A stretch of 64,000 bases of DNA from Acidimicrobiaceae bacterium (lineage in GTDB: Bacteria; Actinomycetota; Acidimicrobiia; Acidimicrobiales; RAAP-2), in the NCBI GenBank assembly GCA_043784065.1, contig JAYVYR010000002.1, positions 13,521 through 77,520 of the forward strand, in the 5' to 3' direction. The position numbers and the translations under genes are program-made. Under the pieces are notes generated by a model, which saw nothing but the letters and a program-made list of their open reading frames with translations, did no database searches and had not been told where the DNA came from. This document shows positions 53,845 to 60,912 of this stretch, piece by piece (position 1 is the first letter of the stretch; each line of letters starts with the position of its first letter).

Positions 53845-54153
53845 ATGGATTCGGCAGACACAATTCGCCTCGCCCGCCAGCGATCCGGTCTCTCCCTGAG
53901 GGAACTTGCCGCACGGGCCGACACGTCACATTCCGCTCTGGCTGCCTATGAGGCCAGCCGGGTGCAACCCTCCTTCGAAAAGGTTCGCCATATTGTGGCC
54001 AGCGCTGGATTCGATCTGGAGGTGACCCTGGTGCCTCGGACCTGCCGCGACGAGGATCGGGGACGGGAATTGGAAGCAGTGTTGACGTTGGCCGAGCAGT
54101 TCCCCGCCCGGCACGATGACGTGCTTGCGTTTCCGGCGTTCCCGACATCGTGA
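53845..54153 (+). CDS. XRE-family helix-turn-helix protein (putative antitoxin/regulator)
   Basis: IRLARQRSGLSLRELAARADTSHSALAAYEASRVQPS is an HTH_3/XRE motif. 4-nt GTGA overlap with the downstream gene. Confidence 0.75.
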   Translation: MDSADTIRLARQRSGLSLRELAARADTSHSALAAYEASRVQPSFEKVRHIVASAGFDLEVTLVPRTCRDEDRGRELEAVLTLAEQFPARHDDVLAFPAFPTS

Positions 54154-54692
54154 GCGATCTGGTCGACAAGATCCTCACCATCGATTCCAGTCTTGACGCG
54201 GCCAACATCCCTCATGCATTCGGTGGTGCGCTGGCGTTGGCCTGGTGCACGGAGCACCCCCGGGGCACAATCGACATCGACTGCAACGTGTTTGTCGACC
54301 CTGGCAAAGTGCTGTGGGTCTTCGACGCGCTTCCCGATGCAATCACCTGGGACGATTCGTCGGTCACCCGTGTTGTTCGAACCGGCCAGGATCGCCTGTG
54401 GTGGGACTCGACGCCCGTCGACGTGTTCCTCGACACGGCGCCGTTCCATGTGGACGTTGCTACCCGGGTGCGTCGCAAACCGTTAGGGGGCCGCGACCTC
54501 CCATTCCTGTCGTGCTCCGACCTTGCCGTATTCAAGGCATTCTTCAACCGCACCAGAGATTGGGCCGACCTCGAGGACATGGCGGCCGTCGGCAGCCTGA
54601 ACGTCGAACGGGTCATCGCAACGCTCGAGCGCTACCTCGGGGACGATGACGACCGCATCGACCGGGTGAGAGCATTGGCCACCACTACCTGA
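54150..54692 (+). CDS. Pol-beta-superfamily nucleotidyltransferase-like protein (putative toxin/effector)
   Basis: AFGGALALAWCTEHPRGTIDIDCNVFV fits the minimal NTase pattern G[GS]-x(10-15)-D-x-D. 180 aa. Family assignment is by motif only. Confidence 0.5.
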   Translation: MSDLVDKILTIDSSLDAANIPHAFGGALALAWCTEHPRGTIDIDCNVFVDPGKVLWVFDALPDAITWDDSSVTRVVRTGQDRLWWDSTPVDVFLDTAPFHVDVATRVRRKPLGGRDLPFLSCSDLAVFKAFFNRTRDWADLEDMAAVGSLNVERVIATLERYLGDDDDRIDRVRALATTT

Positions 54693-54759
54693 CCGACCAT
54701 CGGACGACGCGTCGACAGAGCCTCCGGCCAAGCTTGGATACCGGGCGAAACGAAGACGG

Positions 54760-55419
54760 CTACCGGCCAAAGGAATCGGGAGACGCACAGCTCTCTGCAA
54801 CGGGGGCGCTCGGCTCGCCTGCGACGCGGGACCTGCGTCGCTTCCGGGCCCGCTCATAGTCCTCGCAACGGGCGATTGGGAAACGCACCGATACCGTACC
54901 GCCCTCCGATGACGTCGCCACGGGGAAACCCGAGGCCAGGAAAACGCCGAGCATGTCCCGGTTTTCGGACAGGGTCTGAGCCATGAACCGGGAGATGCCG
55001 TGAGGACGGGCCGCTCCAGCCAGGTGGTCGAGTAGCAGGGCGCCGATCCCCCTGCGCTGGTAAGCATCGGTCACGACGAAGGCCACTTCGGCCTCGTCGG
55101 ACCCATCGAGGCGTTCGTAGCGGCCCACGCCGACGATCTGACGACCGTCGACGACCACGAAGGCCATTCGGTCCACGTAGTCGACAGTGGTGAAACGCTC
55201 CACCTCTCCGGGCGAAAGGTGGGGATGGGCGAAGAAGAATCGCCGGTAGACCGAGCGGGGCGACAGGCTCTCGTGAAATGCACTCATGGCCGCTCCGTCG
55301 GAGCTGCGGATGGGACGGACGAGTACGTGGATTCCGGCCCGCAGTCGCTCGTCGGTCTCAAGCCCGGCGGGGTAGTGCCCGGAAACGGCCGGGGGGGCGG
55401 CACTCACTCCGTCCGGCAT
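54760..55419 (-). CDS. GNAT family N-acetyltransferase (Pat-type GNAT domain-like)
   Basis: VRPIRSSD...SVYRRFF...VGVGRYERL...AFVVTDAYQRRGIGALLLDHL resembles the stand-alone GNAT domain of protein lysine acetyltransferases. Confidence 0.8.
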   Translation of the reverse strand: MPDGVSAAPPAVSGHYPAGLETDERLRAGIHVLVRPIRSSDGAAMSAFHESLSPRSVYRRFFFAHPHLSPGEVERFTTVDYVDRMAFVVVDGRQIVGVGRYERLDGSDEAEVAFVVTDAYQRRGIGALLLDHLAGAARPHGISRFMAQTLSENRDMLGVFLASGFPVATSSEGGTVSVRFPIARCEDYERARKRRRSRVAGEPSAPVAESCASPDSFGR

Positions 55420-55481
55420 CCGCTCGATGCTACGCGCCCGGAGTGCTGTCCGCCGATCGGTCGGCTTCGGATCTGCTTCGG

Positions 55482-55514
55482 CCTACCTGCGACCTACCTG
55501 CGAACTACCAGCGA
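55482..55514. repeat. Three tandem 11-bp direct repeats CCTACCTGCGA / CCTACCTGCGA / ACTACCAGCGA
   Basis: Read directly. They lie 63-95 nt upstream of the GNAT start (55419) and overlap the STAS stop codon (55505-55507). Confidence 0.7.
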
Positions 55515-55936
55515 CCAGGGGACCGACCGGATCCGAGGGGTGTACGCGAGAACGGTCCGCTGGCCGGACCCAACCGGATCAGCATGCCACCTCGCAGTCG
55601 AACCCTGCGCTCGATACCGGCCAGCATGCCCACGGCCGAGGCGTCCACCACCCGCAAGCCGTCGGTACACAGCTCGATCTTCCGCGCGCCGTCGTCCAGC
55701 AGCTCACCCACCACTTCGTGAAGATTGGCCGCTGTCGTGGCGTCGAGGCGACCGGCCAGACGGATCCGGACCGGGACCACGTCGACTTCAACCCACAACT
55801 CAAGGGCGACGTCCCCTCTCCAGTCGGCTGCACCCATTGGACGGGCCAGCCCAACCGGAGGCGACGCAACATCCACTGAACGCTCCATCCGATCGTCCGG
55901 CAACGATCCCGTCCGCTCGACTTCCATGGTCTCCAC
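55505..55936 (-). CDS. STAS domain protein (anti-sigma-factor antagonist-like)
   Basis: RIRLAGRLDATTAANLHEVVGELLDDGARKIELCTDGLRVVDASAVGMLAGI is the SpoIIAA/STAS pattern. Confidence 0.7.
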   Translation of the reverse strand: METMEVERTGSLPDDRMERSVDVASPPVGLARPMGAADWRGDVALELWVEVDVVPVRIRLAGRLDATTAANLHEVVGELLDDGARKIELCTDGLRVVDASAVGMLAGIERRVRLRGGMLIRLGPASGPFSRTPLGSGRSPGRW

Positions 55937-56040
55937 CCCCGCTCATCAACTGCCGCCAGTGGCCTGCCGGAACACACGGGTCCGCGAGCCTCGCAGGCCG
56001 TGTGCGCCGGAACTAGCTGTACCCATGATCGTAGAACGAG

Positions 56041-56097
56041 GCCGTCGATCCCAGGGCCGAAGGTCCCGACGGGACCCTTGGCCATGCCGTCGATCCC
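56041..56097. promoter_or_regulatory. Direct repeat - palindrome - direct repeat element in a divergent promoter region
   Basis: GCCGTCGATCCC (56041-56052) and an identical copy (56086-56097) flank the 29-nt near-palindrome GGCCGAAGGTCCCGACGGGACCCTTGGCC (core GGTCCCG-A-CGGGACC). Confidence 0.4.
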
Positions 56098-56202
56098 GGT
56101 CGTCATCGCAGTCCGTCGGGACGTTCGGCCCTACCCGTGTGGTCAGCCACCGACCAACGTGGAGGGGAGATCAACGAGCTGTCCACAGCCGAGGAGCGAA
56201 CC

Positions 56203-56529
56203 ATGAGCACCACCGAAGACCAGTCCTCACCTCGAGAGGAATCGGGCATCGACCGCCTCGAGCGCCTGCTCGAGGACTGGCGGGCCAAGATCGACGATCT
56301 GCTCGTCCAGGTCGACCTGGCATCCAAGGACGTCTCCGAGGACCTACGGAGCCGGGCGACCGCCGCCGAGAACGCCTACCTGGCGGCCAAGAGCAAGCTA
56401 CGGGAGATTCCGAAGGACACCGGTTCCAATGTCGTGGCGCTCCGTAGCGGTGTCGAGAAACTGCTCGACGATCTTCGCCAGGCCTACCAGTCTGCCGAAT
56501 CCGCCCTCCGTCGGAGCCGGTCCGAGTAA
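56203..56529 (+). CDS. Hypothetical helical (coiled-coil-like) protein
   Basis: 108 aa from ATG 56203, preceded by GAGGAG at a 6-nt spacing. Charged heptad-like sequence (IDRLERLLEDWRAKIDDLLVQVDLASKD...). No family recognised. Confidence 0.5.
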   Translation: MSTTEDQSSPREESGIDRLERLLEDWRAKIDDLLVQVDLASKDVSEDLRSRATAAENAYLAAKSKLREIPKDTGSNVVALRSGVEKLLDDLRQAYQSAESALRRSRSE

Positions 56530-56612
56530 CGGGGGGAAGGGCTAGCCGGGGGGACGGATGCCGGTCTCGGTCCCCACCACCCTGATGAGCCGACAGGCCC
56601 AAGGACGCGCAG

Positions 56613-56954
56613 GTGAACGCCATGTACTCACATCTGCTGGAAGCAGTGCTCGCCTACGAAGCTGACCCTGCCACCCGATCCCGGTCCCAGGGTCCGCTGG
56701 CAGACGTCATCCGACTCCGGCACACCATGGAGCGCCACGCAGTCCGGACCGATCCCGGATGGGCACTCCAAGCCGTGGCCGATCAGTTGGCCTACGACGC
56801 TGGTCTGATACGGCTGGCTCGCAGACGGGGTATCGCCATCCGGTCCGATGCATTCGACATTCCCGAGCGAGGGCGGACCGCTCTTGAGGATGCGCTCCTC
56901 GCCCAGGGGGTCGACCTATCTCGTCGGACAGATAACGGACCCGACTCGCTCTGA
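56613..56954 (+). CDS. Hypothetical protein
   Basis: 113-aa ORF with typical high GC3 and no antisense competitor carrying homology. No family recognised. Confidence 0.4.
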   Translation: MNAMYSHLLEAVLAYEADPATRSRSQGPLADVIRLRHTMERHAVRTDPGWALQAVADQLAYDAGLIRLARRRGIAIRSDAFDIPERGRTALEDALLAQGVDLSRRTDNGPDSL

Positions 56955-57016
56955 CTCATCCTGGTACTACGGTCCGCTCGGCTGGCGGAGCACGGCAGTG
57001 CGGCAGGCAGGAGGGC

Positions 57017-57688
57017 TCAGGTACCCGAGGCGTCGGTGCGGTGGTCGCGCTCGGTTCGCTCGTGGATCCGGGTGGCATAGGAGGCGGCCTGGGTGCGGCG
57101 CTCCATACCCAATTTAGTGAGCAGGTTGGAAACGTAGTTCTTGACGGTCTTCTCGGCCAGGAACATCGACTCGGCGATCTGCCGGTTGGTCTTCCCTTCG
57201 GCGATGAGGTCGAGGATCCGACGCTCCTGAGGGGTCAGACTGGCCAGCAGGGGATCCTCCTCGGGGCCATCGCGGAGCCGACGCAGCACCCGGTCGGTGA
57301 GCGCCGGATCGAGCAGAGACCCGCCTGCCGCCACCCGCCGGATGTCGTCGATCAGACTGTTCCCACCGACCTGTTTCAAGACGTAGCCCGACGACCCCGC
57401 CATGATCGACGCGAACAGAGCCTCGTCGTCGGCGTAGGAGGTCAGCATGATGCACGCCGTCGCCGGCATCTGGGCCCGAATGTCGCGGCACACCTCGACC
57501 CCGCTGCCGTCCGGCAGTCGGATGTCGAGGATGGCCACGTCCGGTCGCAAGGCGGGTATCCGGCTGAGAGCTTCCGCCACGGTGCCGCCCTCCCCCACCA
57601 CCTCGAGGTCGTCAGTCGACTCGAGCAGGGAACGCAGGCCGGTGCGGACGATCTCATGGTCGTCGAGGAGGAATACTCGGATCGTCAT
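57017..57688 (-). CDS. NarL/LuxR-family response regulator
   Basis: IRVFLLDDHEIVRTGL...PDVAILDIRLPDGSG receiver domain plus a C-terminal LTPQERRILDLIAEGKTNRQIAESMFLAEKTVKNYVSNLL HTH. ATG at 57688. Confidence 0.9.
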   Translation of the reverse strand: MTIRVFLLDDHEIVRTGLRSLLESTDDLEVVGEGGTVAEALSRIPALRPDVAILDIRLPDGSGVEVCRDIRAQMPATACIMLTSYADDEALFASIMAGSSGYVLKQVGGNSLIDDIRRVAAGGSLLDPALTDRVLRRLRDGPEEDPLLASLTPQERRILDLIAEGKTNRQIAESMFLAEKTVKNYVSNLLTKLGMERRTQAASYATRIHERTERDHRTDASGT

Positions 57689-57760
57689 CGTCGACCATTT
57701 GACCACGTTGCGGCATGTTCGTGGGCGGTGGGCTCTTCAGGTGCCGTAACCTTGCCCATC

Positions 57761-58954
57761 GTGCCGGACGACGCCCCGCGAAAGCGAGCTGCCTACGATG
57801 CCATCCAGGACCCGGACAGGCTCCGTCGGGTCCTGGAGGCCAGCTTGCTTCTCGAAGCCAACCTCCACCTCGGCGACCTTCTGTCTCACATCGTCGAAGA
57901 GGCCCGTTCGCTTGCCAACGCACGCTACGGGGCCCTCGGTGTTCTCAATGAGAGCGGCACGGCGACAGAGGACTTCTTGACGTCGGGGCTTCCGACTGAT
58001 GTTGAGGCCCGCATGCTCCAAGGACCCCTTCCCACCGGCAAGGGTGTCCTCGGCTTGCTGATCAAGGACCCACGGCCCATGCGGATCGCCGTGCTGGGCG
58101 ACGATCCGGCGAGCGCCGGGTTCCCGTCCGGACATCCTCCCATGACATCGTTCCTGGGCGCTCCGATCCGAGTCAGGGACCGTGTCTACGGCAACCTCTA
58201 CCTGACGGACAAGATCGGGGCAGACGCGTTCACGTCCGACGACGAGGCCGTCATTGAGGCCCTGGCCATGGCGGCCGGTATCGCCGTCGAGAATGCCCGA
58301 CTCCACCAGCGGGTAGGCGAGGTAGCTGTGTACGAGGACCGGGACCGCATGGCCCGGGACCTGCATGACGGCGTGATCCAGCGTCTCTTCGCCATCGGGC
58401 TGTCGCTCCAGGGCCTTTCGGTCAGTCCAGCGGGCAGGTCGGTCGCCGACACTCTGGCCGCTGCCGTTGCCGATATCGACGAGACCATTCGCCAGGTCCG
58501 GGCTACCATCTTCGAACTCGGCGGTGCCGGGGGCGGCCACGGCATCCGGGCCCTCCTCGTGGCCCTGGCCGAGGAGCTGCGCCCCGTTGTCGGCTTCGAC
58601 GTGCCCGTCGAGTTTCACGGGCCGGTCGACACCGCGGTCAGCGAGGCTGTCCTCGAACACCTCCTGCCTGTTGTGCGGGAAGCGCTCACCAACATCGGCC
58701 GGCATGCGCATGCCACACGCGCCAAGATCCGGCTCTCGGTCATCGGCCACCAGTGCCGGCTGGAGATCGCCGACAACGGTCGTGACTTCGTCGACGGTCC
58801 GTCGGCGGACGGGGGCCACGGACTGGTCAACATGCGACGGCGGGCCGAGCGTCTGGGTGGCTCCTTCGAAATCACTCACCCTGTGGCGGGCGGGACCACT
58901 ATCGCTTGGCAGGTCCCGGCATTCCCAAGCCGGACCCCGCGTTCCGACGACTGA
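57761..58954 (+). CDS. GAF-domain sensor histidine kinase (HisKA_3 type)
   Basis: GAF region (...YGALGVLNE...FLGAPIRVRDRVYGNLYLTDK), the H-box DRDRMARDLHDGVIQRLFA and an ATPase (EIADNGRDF, GHGLVNMRRRAE). Start at GTG 57761 or TTG 57752; upstream track codons are antisense to the regulator. Confidence 0.85.
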   Translation: MPDDAPRKRAAYDAIQDPDRLRRVLEASLLLEANLHLGDLLSHIVEEARSLANARYGALGVLNESGTATEDFLTSGLPTDVEARMLQGPLPTGKGVLGLLIKDPRPMRIAVLGDDPASAGFPSGHPPMTSFLGAPIRVRDRVYGNLYLTDKIGADAFTSDDEAVIEALAMAAGIAVENARLHQRVGEVAVYEDRDRMARDLHDGVIQRLFAIGLSLQGLSVSPAGRSVADTLAAAVADIDETIRQVRATIFELGGAGGGHGIRALLVALAEELRPVVGFDVPVEFHGPVDTAVSEAVLEHLLPVVREALTNIGRHAHATRAKIRLSVIGHQCRLEIADNGRDFVDGPSADGGHGLVNMRRRAERLGGSFEITHPVAGGTTIAWQVPAFPSRTPRSDD

Positions 58955-59298
58955 GGTATCCGATCGGAGGAATGCCTCCGATCTCTGGGACCACAGGCCG
59001 CCGACCTCGTACGAAAACGTCCGGTCACCGGAGTCCGACCAATCCAGAGGCGGCTCGTAGGCACTGGTGGTGGCCGCGCTCGCACTGCATGACGGCACTC
59101 TCACGCTCACCCTCGCCCGGATCGAGCGCATCGAAGGGTTCCATCGAGACCTGACCGCGCCGCTCTCGGCTGTCACCGCAGTGTGGGTGGTCGACGATCC
59201 AGACTCGGTGGCCGCCCAGGTGTCCGGGGTGGCCGGGCTGTCGTGAGGCGGGCCGGGCCGGGTGAGTTCAGAGTTTGGAGCGCTCCCTGACGGAGTGG

Positions 59299-60741
59299 TC
59301 AGACCGGGCGCAACTCCGACCACAGCCCGCGTCGCTCGGGGCCCAGCAGCTGCTGGGTATAGGCGCCACCCAAGTTGGTGGACCGCCAGGTCAACATGGA
59401 CTGGGCTAGCGGGAGCACTACGGCGGGGTCCTCGGTGGTCGTGTGCCAGTCAGGGTCGGCGGCCAGGTCGAAGCACAGCCACGACCCGTCGGCGAACTGC
59501 ACATAGGCTTGGGTGGCAGTGCGCTCGACGGCCAGGTTTGTCCGCTCGAGGCTAGGGTCCATGCCTCCGGTCGTCCTAGTGGGGCCCATGACCATGTCCC
59601 GCCAGTCCCACTCCCAGTGGGCCGAGCTCCGCCAGCGCTCGGGCATGATGCCATCGAGAAATGGCACGAGCGAAGCTCCATCGCACTGCGCTGGTATCTC
59701 CTGGCCAAGCAGCTCGGCGATGGTGGGGAGCACGTCGACGGCCTCGGTAAACGACTCAACCGCTCGGCCGGCAGCGGCCGGATGGTGGGGAGCGCGCACG
59801 ATGCAGGGGATGGCGTAGGTCGACTCGTAGAACCCGAGCTTCTGGATCAGTCCATGGTCGCCGAGCTGCTCGCCGTGGTCGGCCGTCACTACCAGAAGCG
59901 TGTCGTCGTACTGGCCCGTCGCCTCGAGGTGGTCCAGTACCCGACCGAATTGATCGTCGACTTCGGACACCATGCCGAAGTATTGGCTCCGCAGATGGGC
60001 CATGGCTGCACGATCGGTGGGCGCCGCGCAGATCGGGATGGTGCGAGCCGTATCGACCAGCGGGTGGATGCCCGGGTCGACAGCCAGCGGGGTGCCGACA
60101 TCATCGGGCGAGTAGCGGGTCGACCACCGGCCCGCCGCGGCATACGGCGGGTGGGGACGCAGGTAGCTGGCGTGGGCGAACCACGGACCGTCTTGGCGGT
60201 CGATCCACGCGATCAGGGCGTCGGAAAGAAATGCCGAGACGCTGGCCTCGGCCGGGCGGTCGGGCTCGGTGGCCAGCGCCCGGTCGGCCTGCAGGTTCCC
60301 GTACCCGAGAGACTCCAGCATGGCCAGCCAGGACACCATCCTTCCGTCAAGCAGGAGCTCGGCATCAAAACCCGGCAGCACGCCCTCGTAGGTGTCGAGA
60401 CGCGGGTCGGAGGGGTCGGACACCACCGAGGGATCTACGCCCTGATCGGTATAGCCGAAGAGGGACGGCGTGTACCCGGCCCGACGGGCCAGCCGGGCCA
60501 CGTTGTCGAAGCGGTTCTCGAGCGGCGTGCCGTTGGCCACTACACGGTGGTTCATCTGGTACATACCGGTGTAGAGCGAGGCCCGAGCGGGGGCGCAGGG
60601 CGCGGCCTGGCCGAAATGGGCGGCGAATCGGACTCCCGAAGCGGCGAGCCGGTCGAGATTGGGCGTCTCGACCAACGGGTGGCCGGCCGCTGACAGGCAG
60701 TCGGCCCGGAACTGATCAAGGGTGACCAAGAGGACGTTCAC
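59299..60741 (-). CDS. Sulfatase family protein (formylglycine-type)
   Basis: VNVLLVTLDQFRAD metal-binding N-terminus and a CAPARASLYTG (C-x-P-x-R) maturation motif. Start at GTG 60741 or ATG 60834. Confidence 0.85.
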   Translation of the reverse strand: MNVLLVTLDQFRADCLSAAGHPLVETPNLDRLAASGVRFAAHFGQAAPCAPARASLYTGMYQMNHRVVANGTPLENRFDNVARLARRAGYTPSLFGYTDQGVDPSVVSDPSDPRLDTYEGVLPGFDAELLLDGRMVSWLAMLESLGYGNLQADRALATEPDRPAEASVSAFLSDALIAWIDRQDGPWFAHASYLRPHPPYAAAGRWSTRYSPDDVGTPLAVDPGIHPLVDTARTIPICAAPTDRAAMAHLRSQYFGMVSEVDDQFGRVLDHLEATGQYDDTLLVVTADHGEQLGDHGLIQKLGFYESTYAIPCIVRAPHHPAAAGRAVESFTEAVDVLPTIAELLGQEIPAQCDGASLVPFLDGIMPERWRSSAHWEWDWRDMVMGPTRTTGGMDPSLERTNLAVERTATQAYVQFADGSWLCFDLAADPDWHTTTEDPAVVLPLAQSMLTWRSTNLGGAYTQQLLGPERRGLWSELRPV

Positions 60742-60912
60742 CCTCTTTACTCTTGCAGCCCCGGCGGCTCTCGACCACTTACGAAGTGCCGCAGCCACCC
60801 GTTCCGACGTCCACTGCGTACACCCAACGTTCACCGTGGGTTGGGGTCACCTGTCCAGCCTCACGGAAAGGCCGCCGGGGGTTCCGGACTGCGAAATGCC
60901 TAGACTTCAACT

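Noticed and set aside
57737-59323. 528-aa minus-strand ORF covering the whole GAF kinase gene
   Set aside because: Arg/Pro/Gly/Val/Asp-rich shadow-ORF composition with no recognisable motifs. It lies exactly antisense to a plus-strand ORF with clear GAF, H-box and ATPase motifs. Long stop-free antisense frames are expected at this G+C content.
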